DNA from: Candidatus Saccharimonadota bacterium
GTDB lineage: Bacteria > Patescibacteriota > Saccharimonadia > Saccharimonadales > UBA4665
Length of the DNA stretch: 32,000 bases
Reading direction: 5' to 3'
NCBI GenBank assembly: GCA_963718045.1
Contig: OY970350.1
Coordinates: forward strand, 600,001 to 632,000
Within the stretch, counting starts at the first letter, position 1. Each line of letters begins with the position of its first letter. Below the pieces are notes generated by a model that saw nothing but the letters and a program-made list of their open reading frames with translations, was not told where the DNA came from and ran no database searches. Below, in pieces: positions 10,434 to 19,733 of this stretch. Both the position numbers and the translations under genes were made by a program.

Positions 10434-11957
10434 CTAATGTTCCGCCTTTTCTGGTTTTTCACTTTCAGAAATAGTGCTGAGATTGAGATCTGGTTCAGTT
10501 GGCCTAGCATTGGCGTTTGTTGGTCTAGACCTGTTCCCTACGGTTAGACATTGAGCTTTAAGCTCATCACGAACTTGGTTAAATAACTCGTCAGAGGTTA
10601 CCTTTTTGGCAAATTCATTAACCTTAAGTTTAAGTTTATCGACATCAATCTTTTCCTTGTCATCCAGGTTGAGAATTATGTCTAGCATTAACTGCTGGGC
10701 GATTAAAGTATAGGACATGCCTGGCGCCTGGGTTATTATCTGGTTGATTAACCTTCCGGTACTTAGAGCCCGCCTGTATTCATCGCCGATTTCTGTACCA
10801 AAATGGGCAAATTCGCGGGCTTGGCGGAAGTCCGCAAGGGTTTTAAGAGTCTTAAAGGCTTGGTCTTTTTGACGGTCGTTATGTCCGGTACCGCCGGCAC
10901 GGGTAACGGAAAGGCCAAAGTTAAAAGCTGGCCTGACACCGCTTCTAAAGATATCCATGTCTAGTACCCACTGGCCATCAGTAATACTCATAACATTGGT
11001 TGGCAGGTAGGCAGTAATATCGCTGCCCGGAGTATGGACTATTGGAATAGCTGTTAGCGATTTTCCAGTTTGATCAAGCTTGCCTGCCCGCTCTAGAAGA
11101 CTTGAGTGGGCATAAAACATGTCTCCAGGATATGAGTCCCGTCCGGGACTGACGCCGGATAACAGAGATATTTCCCTATGGGCATGAGCATGGGAAGTAA
11201 GGTCGTCATAAATAATGATGACATCTTGGTTACACTTCTGCCAGAGGTATTCAGCCAATGAGCAGGCAACATATGGCGCCAGGTAGCTTAAGACTAGTGA
11301 TTCAAACATGGTCGAGACAACGACAATTAAGTTGCCCATAGCATCGTTTTCTTTAAACCGGCTTAAAAGCGTGTCGATATCACTTCTTCGTTTAGCAATC
11401 AGGCAGTAGACAACAATCTGGTCAGAGTTTTTTTGGTTAATGGCTATCTGGGAAGCTAATGTGCTTTTACCGGACTTAGAATCACCCATTAAAGACATTC
11501 TTTGGCCGTGAACAATAGGCAGTAGTGCGTCAACAGATGTGACACCGCTTTCCACCTGAGTATCGAGAAGCTTGTGCAGATACAGCGGAACTGCTTCGTT
11601 AAATACCGGCCAGGTAGTATCTGAGACAACCGGGCCTTTGCCGTCCAGAGGTTCGCCCATGACGTTAACTACACGGCCAATAAAGTTTTTACCAACTTTA
11701 ACCATTAGTTCCTGGTGCTGAAGTACCGCTATCATGCCGCTGTCTAGATTTTCGGTGCCCAAGTGGAGAACTAAAACACAGTCAGCTCTCACTTGGTGGA
11801 CATAACCCTTAGAACCATCTTCAAATTGGACAATGGAGTGGACTTGGCAAGGCTGGAGGCCGCGGACCTTAACCATGAACCTATCAACAGCAATTACTTC
11901 GCCAACCGGGTTACCGGCTTCAACTAGTCTATTGAAATGAAGATTAGAGCTTTTCAT
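10434..11957 (-). CDS. atpA: F-type ATP synthase alpha subunit
   Basis: The P-loop reads GDSKSGKST (canonical GDRQTGKT). The motifs IIYDDLTSHA and PGRDSYPGDMFYAHSSLLERA match the alpha motifs YDDLxKxA and [21 protein letters not shown]. A ~35-aa Pro/Glu-rich C-terminal tail is present. Confidence 0.9.
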   Translation of the reverse strand: MKSSNLHFNRLVEAGNPVGEVIAVDRFMVKVRGLQPCQVHSIVQFEDGSKGYVHQVRADCVLVLHLGTENLDSGMIAVLQHQELMVKVGKNFIGRVVNVMGEPLDGKGPVVSDTTWPVFNEAVPLYLHKLLDTQVESGVTSVDALLPIVHGQRMSLMGDSKSGKSTLASQIAINQKNSDQIVVYCLIAKRRSDIDTLLSRFKENDAMGNLIVVVSTMFESLVLSYLAPYVACSLAEYLWQKCNQDVIIIYDDLTSHAHAHREISLLSGVSPGRDSYPGDMFYAHSSLLERAGKLDQTGKSLTAIPIVHTPGSDITAYLPTNVMSITDGQWVLDMDIFRSGVRPAFNFGLSVTRAGGTGHNDRQKDQAFKTLKTLADFRQAREFAHFGTEIGDEYRRALSTGRLINQIITQAPGMSYTLIAQQLMLDIILNLDDKEKIDVDKLKLKVNEFAKKVTSDELFNQVRDELKAQCLTVGNRSRPTNANARPTEPDLNLSTISESEKPEKAEH

Positions 11958-12448
11958 GCCTTATCTAGCTCCCTGATGCGGCTATCTAGAAGCTTACGTG
12001 TTCCGCTTAAACCGCCTTTAAGCGACATATCGAAGACCCTGTTGGTGGTCCGGGCGATGCAACCGACGCCAATGGTCGGGTTAATACCAACAACAATAAA
12101 ACAGTACGGATCAATCTCATTTCTAAACCACTCAGTTATTTTGGCAATAAATTCCGGGCTAGCCTCAGAGGCAAAACTAATATTAATTACTCGGCCTCGT
12201 TCATTTAGCCGGTTGAATACATTAAGCAGGCTGTCTCGGTGTTCTTTGGCAGTAATATCTATGTTGTTGGCTTTTAGAACATCGGTCATTTTAGCAGAAA
12301 CGTTAATATCCTGCTTTATATTAGGGCTCCTAATGGTTTTTTGGTTTATATCTTCATTTAACTGCGTCAGTTCATGAATTAGCCGGTTGAGATCGACTGG
12401 CTGGGAAACTGAAAGTGGTAATTTAAAGTATTTCTTACTGTCAGACAT
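11954..12448 (-). CDS. atpH: F-type ATP synthase delta (OSCP) subunit
   Basis: The call rests on position between b and alpha, on size, and on the C-terminal INPTIGVGCIARTTNRVFDMSLKGGL segment. That segment resembles the delta pattern vdpsLiGGxxxxxgdxxxDxSxxxxL. It has an ATGA overlap with atpA. Confidence 0.65.
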   Translation of the reverse strand: MSDSKKYFKLPLSVSQPVDLNRLIHELTQLNEDINQKTIRSPNIKQDINVSAKMTDVLKANNIDITAKEHRDSLLNVFNRLNERGRVINISFASEASPEFIAKITEWFRNEIDPYCFIVVGINPTIGVGCIARTTNRVFDMSLKGGLSGTRKLLDSRIRELDKA

Positions 12449-13061
12449 TCTTAATGTCCTCGATCATAGCCTGCTTGTTTGTCTCAAGGTTAGCCAGAAT
12501 ATAGTCTAGTTGATCATTTAGGTCTATTTCACTGCCAATAGCACTAGTTATATAGTGGCTGACTATGTCTGTTAGCTGGTTAATAAAGTTGTTAATTATT
12601 CTAACCTTTTCTTCCGCTACATCTTTTTGGACCTCTGCACCTAAGACTTGGCGCTGTTCATCGAGAGCAAGCGATGTTTTCTTGATTGAATCAATAGCCT
12701 GATCGCGAGCCTCGTTGATCGATTGCTCATACTTGGTTAACTCTTCATGGACTTTAGAGGTCAGCTCGTTCTTCATATACTCATTGAGCTGGGATGAGGT
12801 TAATCTCAGATCCTGCTGAAGGAATGCAGCGCTATCATTTATTATCTTTTCAAATTGAAGCCGGCCCCTGTTTTTAAGTTCTTCCCTAAATTCATCATTA
12901 AAGATACGTCCAACGACTTCTTTAGTGGTGCTGTCAATATCTGAACCAAAAAGTTTGGGCTGACTCAATGTTTTTTTGCTTATCTGGACAGTTAGCCATA
13001 TAAAACCAGAGCCGGCAGCGATAATAAATGCAGCTACCAGATAAAACCACCAGATTGTCAT
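12441..13061 (-). CDS. atpF: F-type ATP synthase b subunit
   Basis: A single N-terminal TM helix (MTIWWFYLVAAFIIAAGSGFIWLTV) is followed by a long charged coiled-coil segment. It is the first gene of the cluster and overlaps atpH by 8 nt. Confidence 0.7.
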   Translation of the reverse strand: MTIWWFYLVAAFIIAAGSGFIWLTVQISKKTLSQPKLFGSDIDSTTKEVVGRIFNDEFREELKNRGRLQFEKIINDSAAFLQQDLRLTSSQLNEYMKNELTSKVHEELTKYEQSINEARDQAIDSIKKTSLALDEQRQVLGAEVQKDVAEEKVRIINNFINQLTDIVSHYITSAIGSEIDLNDQLDYILANLETNKQAMIEDIKNV

Positions 13062-13125
13062 GTTTGTTTACCCACCATATATACCTATAGCTCACTCTTT
13101 AACGCTTAAGCTATAGTTCAGGAAT

Positions 13126-13152
13126 ATTATACGCTAAAGTTTTATCTGACAA
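13126..13152 (-). promoter_or_regulatory. Candidate sigma70-type promoter for the atpF-C cluster
   Basis: On the minus strand there is TTGTCA (13152-13147), a 15-nt spacer, then TATAAT (13131-13126). A GGTGGG Shine-Dalgarno-like sequence lies ~10 nt before the atpF ATG. The spacer is short. Confidence 0.35.
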
Positions 13153-13159
13153 AACAGAG

Positions 13160-14311
13160 TCAGCTTAACTTTAACAGGCTTTTTAGGGTATCCAGGGTGT
13201 ACTCCAGGTCGGATTTGGTTAAATATCTGCCAAATGAGAAGCGGATAGAGCTTCTAGCTTCCAAGTTCGTAAGACCAATAGCTTTTAGAACGCTTGAGGG
13301 CAGCTCATTTGAGGCACTGCAGGCTGATCCTGCCGCTGCCATAATACCCTTTTCATCTAAAGAGATTAAAAGCCATTCATTGTCTATGCCCGGAAAAGTA
13401 ACGTGGACGTTATTTACTACCCTTTTTGTCCTTGAGCCGTTAATTTTAGCACTTTGGAAGTTATTAGTCAGACTGGTTATGAAATATTCCTGAAGGTGTG
13501 CTAGTCTGTCTGATTCGGACTTTTTGTTATCTTGGGCTAAATCAAGAGCCGCTGCAAAACCAATTATTCCTGGCACATTTTCAGTGCCGCTCCGAAGGCC
13601 TCTTTCCTGTCCGCCGCCAAATATGACGGGCTTTAAACGGACACTGCTCCGAGCAAATAAGGTGCCGCTTTGCTTGGGGCCATATATTTTACTGCCGTTT
13701 AGAGTCATAAGATCAACACCGAGTTTAGAGATATGCAGGTCCAGATAGTTAGCTGCCTGGCAGGCATCAGTGTGGAAATAGATTGGTCTAGTTATACCTC
13801 GGCTGAGTCTGTCTTTCCTGACAGTTTGAACTGCACTTGCCACCTCTTTTAGCGGCTCAATGACCCCTATTTCGTTGCTAACGTAGATGATGCTGACTAG
13901 ATTTGTGTCATCGTCTATTAAGTCTTTAAGTTTGTTAATCTTAATCAGGCCTTCTTTATCTACCGGGCAGATACGGGCATTAAAGTTCTTAGCCGGGACA
14001 TAAACGGACGGATGTTCAATAGCTGATATAACCATATTGCCATTAGGATGGGCATTCATAACACCAGTAATTGCCAGGTTATTTGCTTCAGTGCCGCCAG
14101 CGGTAAAAATTATTTCTGAAGATTTAGCACCTAGATTTAGGGCCACACTGCGGCGGCTATCTTCAATAACTGATCTGACGTCTTTGGCTTTAGAGTAGGC
14201 AGCTGATGGGTTGAAAAACTGTTTAGAAAAGTATGGCTCCATAGCCTTAATGACCTTAGGGTCCATTGGTGTGGAGGCGGCATAGTCTAAATAGACGGTT
14301 TTTTGGGGCAT
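13160..14311 (-). CDS. iscS: Cysteine desulfurase, group I (NifS/IscS-like), PLP-dependent
   Basis: Motifs seen are YLDYAASTP, FTAGGTEANN, HTDACQA, a PLP-Lys context LNGSKIYGPKQSG, RSGTENVPGIIG, and an active-site Cys in AAGSACSAS (group I SSGSAC type). Confidence 0.85.
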   Translation of the reverse strand: MPQKTVYLDYAASTPMDPKVIKAMEPYFSKQFFNPSAAYSKAKDVRSVIEDSRRSVALNLGAKSSEIIFTAGGTEANNLAITGVMNAHPNGNMVISAIEHPSVYVPAKNFNARICPVDKEGLIKINKLKDLIDDDTNLVSIIYVSNEIGVIEPLKEVASAVQTVRKDRLSRGITRPIYFHTDACQAANYLDLHISKLGVDLMTLNGSKIYGPKQSGTLFARSSVRLKPVIFGGGQERGLRSGTENVPGIIGFAAALDLAQDNKKSESDRLAHLQEYFITSLTNNFQSAKINGSRTKRVVNNVHVTFPGIDNEWLLISLDEKGIMAAAGSACSASNELPSSVLKAIGLTNLEARSSIRFSFGRYLTKSDLEYTLDTLKSLLKLS

Positions 14312-14334
14312 ATTCTTATACTATACGGTATTGA

Positions 14335-14706
14335 TTAAGCCGGGCTGAGCATCCGGGAATACTGGTCCGAGACAGCTGAGACATATTTTTTAATGGCCTT
14401 GTATAGATGGTCAAATTCCTGGGGTTCTACCTTCTGATACGATTGTCCGTTGTGGGATTTTATGGCCCCATCCGGGCGCAAAATATAACGGGTAGATACA
14501 ACGATTCTGTTGCCTTTTTCATCTAGCCAGTCTTCGTGCCAAATCCAGGTGTACTCGTCTAAACAGAAGAAGTCCCGGTGATGATTCTCTGGTACTGGTC
14601 CGAATATATTACGGCCAAATTGAGACTCAAACTGAATTAGCTGTCTTTCAATATCTTCAGCTCTTTGAGCATTACTGCGAGGTAAAATCCTTGGTAAAAT
14701 ACCCAT
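14335..14706 (-). CDS. Hypothetical protein (123 aa), Trp/acidic-rich
   Basis: A strong SD (GAGGGAGG) lies ~12 nt upstream of the ATG, inside the preceding ORF. The gap to the preceding ORF is 2 nt. No recognisable motif. Confidence 0.6.
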   Translation of the reverse strand: MGILPRILPRSNAQRAEDIERQLIQFESQFGRNIFGPVPENHHRDFFCLDEYTWIWHEDWLDEKGNRIVVSTRYILRPDGAIKSHNGQSYQKVEPQEFDHLYKAIKKYVSAVSDQYSRMLSPA

Positions 14707-14708
14707 TC

Positions 14709-15038
14709 TTAAGCAGCCTCCCTCAGGTTATTAAGAGCATTATCTTGAGGAGTTTCCGCATGTATACGGTCAATTCTCTCTCTAACACCTCTTATGTATA
14801 TGATGCCATCTATTTCATCAGGAGACCTCGAGTCAATTTCTTGAATGCTATTTATGGCAGTATCAGCAACGTTAATATAGGGAGCTGGCTCAATTGAGGC
14901 CCTTGCGCCCTTTGGTGTATTGGCCATAGACCTGGCAGATTCATCAGCTCGGACAGAGCTTGAAATCACAACATTCCATCTGGCAATAATAGCCTGTTCT
15001 TGCCACCCATCAATCTTTTCACCTCTCCTTGAGTTCAT
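14709..15038 (-). CDS. Hypothetical protein (109 aa)
   Basis: The ATG is preceded by AAAGGG. The ORF is tightly packed between tatD and the 123-aa ORF. No recognisable motif. Confidence 0.5.
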   Translation of the reverse strand: MNSRRGEKIDGWQEQAIIARWNVVISSSVRADESARSMANTPKGARASIEPAPYINVADTAINSIQEIDSRSPDEIDGIIYIRGVRERIDRIHAETPQDNALNNLREAA

Positions 15039-15064
15039 CCCGTTACCCTTTGTAAAGTTATATA

Positions 15065-15880
15065 TTATACATGGAATAGTTGTCTGGCATTTTTAATCGT
15101 TTGAGAGGCAATTATTTCTAGAGGTTGTCCTCTTAATCGCTCCAGGTTTTCTGCCACAAGCCTAACATATTTAGGCTGGTTAATATTACCACGCTTTGGG
15201 GCTGGCGTCAAGTATGGTGAATCTGTTTCAAGGAGTAAATTAGGCAGTGGTATTTGTTTAAACATAGCTAGTTGAGCAGGGTCTTTGGAGAAGGTAGAAA
15301 TACCATTGACGCCAATAAATAACCCGCGGTTTAAGGCTTCAGTTAGGTTAACCAGGTTATCCGTGAAGCTATGAAGTACACCCCGTATATTTGGGTAGTT
15401 ATCCAGAATTGGCCAAAAGTCCGTGTAGGCCTCACGGACGTGGAATATTACCGGCAGGTTATGTTTAGAAGCTAGACTTAACTGAAAGTCCAAAACCGCT
15501 TTTTGGTCTTTAGGACTCGAGTGGTTATAGAAGTAGTCCAGGCCGCATTCACCAATGGCTACCACTTTATCTGACTTAGCGAGAGAAGCAAATTCTTCTT
15601 GTTTAGCTTTATCTCTAACATATTTCTTAGCTTCATGAGGATGAATGCCAATACTGGCCCAGACGTTTTGATGTGCTCCGGCAGTTTCTATAGCCAGTTT
15701 GCTGTCATTAAGGTCAGTGCCAACGGTTATTAGTCTGGTGACGCCAGCATCATAGGCATCACGAACGACCGCCTCTACATCCTTATTTTTTAACTTTTGC
15801 CATAGCCGGGCGGTATGCTCTTCAACACCAGACTGGTTAATGGACTGTATATGACAGTGGGTGTCAGTTAGTTCGATCAT
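15065..15880 (-). CDS. tatD: TatD-family metal-dependent hydrolase/DNase
   Basis: Motifs seen are DTHCHI, IGECGLDY, VIFHVREA, LHSFT and LLETDSPYL, which are the TatD metal-ligand motifs. It overlaps metG by 17 nt. Confidence 0.9.
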   Translation of the reverse strand: MIELTDTHCHIQSINQSGVEEHTARLWQKLKNKDVEAVVRDAYDAGVTRLITVGTDLNDSKLAIETAGAHQNVWASIGIHPHEAKKYVRDKAKQEEFASLAKSDKVVAIGECGLDYFYNHSSPKDQKAVLDFQLSLASKHNLPVIFHVREAYTDFWPILDNYPNIRGVLHSFTDNLVNLTEALNRGLFIGVNGISTFSKDPAQLAMFKQIPLPNLLLETDSPYLTPAPKRGNINQPKYVRLVAENLERLRGQPLEIIASQTIKNARQLFHV

Positions 15881-17312
15881 TGTCTATTTTAGGGAAAAGG
15901 TTCTCTTTCATCTTATGAACTTTGCCGCCGGCGAATGCAGCTTTTATTTTGTCAGCTGTTTGCGGCAGGAAAGGTTCAAGAAGGTCGGCAATCTGAAGCA
16001 GGCTGCCGGCTAAATAAGCTAGAACTTCTTTAAGGTGGTCGCTGTCTTCAGATTTAGCTAATTCCCATGGTTTCTCTTCTTCAATATATTGGTTTAGACC
16101 TTTAACCTCTTCAAAGACTACATCCAGGGCTTTATCTAAGCGGCAGTTTTTAATTGCTTCTTCGTAGGCGGAAATGTCATGTTCTGGCGGTGGTACGTCG
16201 TTAGTCAGGCCGCCGCTGTAGCGTTCAATCATGGTGGTTATTCTAGATACGGCATTGCCTAGCTCATTAGCCAGTTCATTGTTATAGCTATCTATTAGGC
16301 TGCTTAGTGAGAAATCCCCATCAGAATAGCTGGGAATGTGTCTTAAGAGATAATAACGGAGCGGATCAGGACCAAAGTTAGCAATAAGTTCAACCGGATC
16401 TATTGAATTGCCCAGTGACTTAGACATTTTTTGTCCTTCAACGAAAATAAAGCCATGAACATAAAGAGTTTTAGGCAGGGGAAGATCTAGTCCCATTAGC
16501 ATAGCTGGCCAAATAGCGGCATGAAACCTGATAATGTCCTTGCCAATTACTTGGACATTGGCCGGCCAGTAGTTTTTAAAGTCTTCGTTATCCGGGTAAC
16601 CTAGAACTGTTATATAGTTCATCAGCGCCTCAAACCAGACGTACATTACCTGCTCACTGTCTCCGGGAACAGGAATACCCCAGGTTATCTTATTTTTTGG
16701 CCGGGAAATAGATATGTCTTCTAAGCCACTATCAATTAGACTTAAGATTTCATTACGACGAGTTGCCGGTATAATCCTAAATTTTTCAGACCTAATAGCT
16801 TCAGCTATTTCTGGTCCGTATTTAGATAATTTAAAGAAGTAGTTTTTTTCCTCTATCTTCTCAAATGGACGGTTATGGTTAGGGCAGATGCCGTTATTTG
16901 CCTTAACCTCTGCATCAGAGAAGAAAGCTTCATCACCAGTACAATACCAGCCAATATATTCAGACTTATATATGTCCTTTTCTAGTTTTTGCCAGATAAC
17001 TTGGGCAATTTTTACGTGGGTAGCGTCTGTTGTTCTAATAAAGCGGTTATTAGAAATGTTAAGAAGAGCAGTTAGTTCTTCAAAGTACTTAGAGGTTTTG
17101 TCGGCAAAATGTTTTGGTTCAATGCCTGCTTCCTTGGCTTTTTCAGCTACCTTGCCGCCGTGTTCATCAGTGCCGGTGGAAAAGATAACCTCATCACCAC
17201 GACTGCGGGCATAACGGGCAAGAACATCAGCAATAACAAACTCCTCGGAATGGCCAAGGTGCGGTTTGGCATTTATATATGGTATTGATGTGGTGATATA
17301 AAAACGGCTCAT
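15864..17312 (-). CDS. metG: Methionine--tRNA ligase (short form)
   Basis: A class I HIGH motif (PHLGH in SIPYINAKPHLGHS) and KMSKS (GQKMSKSLGN) are present. WFEAL and WPANVQVIGKDIIRFH are typical of MetRS. Confidence 0.9.
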   Translation of the reverse strand: MSRFYITTSIPYINAKPHLGHSEEFVIADVLARYARSRGDEVIFSTGTDEHGGKVAEKAKEAGIEPKHFADKTSKYFEELTALLNISNNRFIRTTDATHVKIAQVIWQKLEKDIYKSEYIGWYCTGDEAFFSDAEVKANNGICPNHNRPFEKIEEKNYFFKLSKYGPEIAEAIRSEKFRIIPATRRNEILSLIDSGLEDISISRPKNKITWGIPVPGDSEQVMYVWFEALMNYITVLGYPDNEDFKNYWPANVQVIGKDIIRFHAAIWPAMLMGLDLPLPKTLYVHGFIFVEGQKMSKSLGNSIDPVELIANFGPDPLRYYLLRHIPSYSDGDFSLSSLIDSYNNELANELGNAVSRITTMIERYSGGLTNDVPPPEHDISAYEEAIKNCRLDKALDVVFEEVKGLNQYIEEEKPWELAKSEDSDHLKEVLAYLAGSLLQIADLLEPFLPQTADKIKAAFAGGKVHKMKENLFPKIDNDRTN

Positions 17313-17313
17313 C

Positions 17314-17730
17314 TTATTTAAGTAGTTTAGTTACTTCCTCTCTTTCCAGATCATCCAGTTCAGCAAAGATATCTTTCTCATATTTCTCTACTTTTTGGTA
17401 GATATAGTCATGATATGACCTAGGGATTACATGAAAATGGATGTGGTCTATTTTTAGGGAGTTTTGCTCCACAAAGGGCCGGTAGTTTTGGCGGATATCG
17501 CAGCCGTCACCAAGCTTGCCGATTATTTTCTGTTCAGCAAAGAATATTAAATCGAAAATGTCTTTCAGCTCTTTAGAAGATAACTCCCAGGGCTTTTCAA
17601 TGTGTTCCTTAGGTGTAACTAAAATGTGCCCCGGTACTTTTCTGGGATCACTTAAAAAAATTAAAGCCGTGTCGTTAGATTTGATTACCCTGTTCAGCGG
17701 GTTACAAAAAGGGCAGCCAATTTTAGTCAT
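17314..17730 (-). CDS. HIT-family (histidine triad) nucleotide hydrolase/transferase
   Basis: The histidine triad HIHFHVIPR is present, with an N-terminal CPFC zinc-like motif. There is a 1-nt gap to metG. Confidence 0.85.
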   Translation of the reverse strand: MTKIGCPFCNPLNRVIKSNDTALIFLSDPRKVPGHILVTPKEHIEKPWELSSKELKDIFDLIFFAEQKIIGKLGDGCDIRQNYRPFVEQNSLKIDHIHFHVIPRSYHDYIYQKVEKYEKDIFAELDDLEREEVTKLLK

Positions 17731-17764
17731 CTTTTATGTCCTTTCCTTATAACTCTCAATTATA

Positions 17765-19018
17765 TCAGGCTAGGCGGTCAATATACTCCTGGCATAATCT
17801 TTCAAAGACAGAATTAGTCCAGCCGAAGCCTTCCTGGGACGGATAAACTCCTTTAACCGGCGGCTTATCTGGTGATACGACGTTATATTTCTCTAAAAAT
17901 ATGCCGTGGTCGTTAAACCAGCTTAGGTTAGTTTTAAGCCATTTCATGGCAATCCGCCTAGCCTCTTTGTGAAAGCCGTAGCGTTCCAGTCCTTTTATAG
18001 TCAGGTAGTGAAGTGGTGCCCAGCCGTTTGGAAAGGCCCACTGTGTTGGCATGCCGCCAAAAACAAACTGGCCGACAGGCAGAGAATCAGTAGCTGCTAG
18101 ACCGCCCTTATGCTCAAACCTCTGAAGGGCTTTAACTAAGGCTCTAGCCTGGTCCTTATCTGCCATACCGGCCCAAAGCGGGTAGTAGCTGGCCAGTGAT
18201 ATGACCGTACCTCTTTTTTCACGAACATAGTTATAGTCAAAATATAGGCCTTTAGACTTGTCCCACATCAGGTCGTCCATCTTCAGTTTGCGCTGACTTG
18301 CCTTATCTTCCCACTGGGCCTCTTCCCTTTTATTTCCCAGTATTTTAGCGGCCCGGGCGAAGTCTGCCTCGTATTTATATAAAAGGGCATTTAAATCAAC
18401 CGGCAGATAATTTAAGGCTTTATGGCTAAAGCGGGGTGTGAGATCCCAGCCGCTTTCAGCTTCAGCTAAATCGTTTAGGTAGTTGATGTCATAATACCTG
18501 GAAAGTCCCTGGTATACCTGGTGGGCAACTGGTTTATTAACTCCCATCCAGACTCCTTGGTATTCGGCCTTGGCTGTTTCAATGTGCTCTTTAAACCATT
18601 TGTTATCCATATCATATGCCTTATATACATCGAATATGAAAGATGTTAAAAAGGGCGGCTGGGAGCGGCCCATAAGGTACGTCCTTGAAGCGTTTGGGAT
18701 AATGCCGAATCTTTTGAATAGATAAATCAGGTTGTCTAACATGCCTATAATGAGATCTTTATGTTCCGCGTCCAGTAGTCCCTGAATCATGAAATAACTG
18801 TCCCAGTAATACATTTCGTTAAAATCAAACTCAGTTTTCTCATTGAATGCCGGCACTAAATACGGATGCGGCAGTCCGAGTAAACTCTCGTCATCTTTTG
18901 GGTGAAAGCGAGTAACCTGGGGCCAATAATCCTCAATATATTTACGGGCAGCTGCAACCTGTTCGGGCTTTAACTCTATGTCCGGTCTAAATGTAAATAT
19001 TTTTTTCGGGTTTATCAT
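17765..19018 (-). CDS. Alpha,alpha-trehalase (GH37-like), apparently cytoplasmic
   Basis: GH37 signature-like motifs are FNEMYYWDSYFMIQGL, GRSQPPFL, ESGWDLTPRF and PTQWAFPNGWAPLH. No N-terminal signal peptide is visible. Confidence 0.8.
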   Translation of the reverse strand: MINPKKIFTFRPDIELKPEQVAAARKYIEDYWPQVTRFHPKDDESLLGLPHPYLVPAFNEKTEFDFNEMYYWDSYFMIQGLLDAEHKDLIIGMLDNLIYLFKRFGIIPNASRTYLMGRSQPPFLTSFIFDVYKAYDMDNKWFKEHIETAKAEYQGVWMGVNKPVAHQVYQGLSRYYDINYLNDLAEAESGWDLTPRFSHKALNYLPVDLNALLYKYEADFARAAKILGNKREEAQWEDKASQRKLKMDDLMWDKSKGLYFDYNYVREKRGTVISLASYYPLWAGMADKDQARALVKALQRFEHKGGLAATDSLPVGQFVFGGMPTQWAFPNGWAPLHYLTIKGLERYGFHKEARRIAMKWLKTNLSWFNDHGIFLEKYNVVSPDKPPVKGVYPSQEGFGWTNSVFERLCQEYIDRLA

Positions 19019-19110
19019 TTGCTGGTCCTTGCAATTTAAAGCCTAGACCGCTAACACATGAGGGTCAAGACTTGTTATTAAGATAGTTTTAGACTTCTCA
19101 AGGCCAATAT

Positions 19111-19144
19111 TAAAAGGCACCCTTGATATAAGGATGCCTTTTTA
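19111..19144 (-). terminator. Rho-independent (bidirectional-looking) terminator downstream of the RRM protein gene
   Basis: The hairpin is GGCACCCTT (19116-19124), loop GATAT, then AAGGATGCC (19130-19138). That is 8 of 9 bp paired with one mismatch. It is flanked by AAAA and TTTTT runs and lies 23 nt after the stop at 19167. Confidence 0.55.
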
Positions 19145-19166
19145 AGCTTTAAAAGCTTATTCGAAA

Positions 19167-19439
19167 CTAACGCTCTCGGTTGAAACTTTGTTCACGAGGT
19201 CGTGCTTCGCTGACTATGATAGCTCGGCCATCAAGTTCTTTGCCATTTAGGCTAGCGATAGCTTTCTTAGCTTCTTCGTCACTGTCCATCTCGACAAATC
19301 CAAAACCTTTTGATCGGTTGGAGTCGCGATCGACAATCACATTGGCTGAGTTTACTGTACCGACAGTTGAGAAAAAATCCTTCAACTGGTCATCGGTAGT
19401 ATTCCAAGACAATGATCCGACAAATAGACGTGTTGCCAC
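19167..19439 (-). CDS. RRM-type RNA-binding protein (RNP-1/RNP-2)
   Basis: RNP-2 is LFVGSL and RNP-1 is KGFGFVEM. The start is GTG, with AAGGAG 6 nt upstream. Confidence 0.9.
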   Translation of the reverse strand: MATRLFVGSLSWNTTDDQLKDFFSTVGTVNSANVIVDRDSNRSKGFGFVEMDSDEEAKKAIASLNGKELDGRAIIVSEARPREQSFNRER

Positions 19440-19733
19440 AGATCACTCCTTTATTACGACTTAGAGGTAATCTGGCAATCCAGTTAGCTGCGCCTCAAAT
19501 CACTATTTTCTTATTTCCTAGAACCGAACTCACGTTACGTTAGCAGCTTTATCTAGTTGGACTTAAGATACCCTAAAGAAGGTAAAATAGCAAGAGCATA
19601 ATTGACATCGCCAATATTAGATGTCACTGATAGCATGGTTTACTCTGGGAAGATTATGTTTACCTAGATAATGATAAGATCGAGGGTGTTTTGTAACAAA
19701 AAAGACTCCATTTTACAGAGGTCAAAGTGATTA

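Noticed and set aside
11937-12377. A + strand 146-aa ORF antisense to atpH. Similar antisense ORFs occur at 8932-9201, 13197-13748, 16888-17214, 20720-21574, 24488-24697, 27835-28041 and 31070-31597.
   Set aside because: All are fully embedded opposite well-supported, motif-bearing genes. Their composition is low-complexity Ser/Leu/Arg-rich, typical of shadow frames.
19681-19733. A possible intrinsic terminator just downstream of ssrA (GACCUC...GGAGUC followed by UUUUUU).
   Set aside because: The stem has a C/A mismatch and a G-U pair within only 6 positions. That is too weak to call without folding energies.
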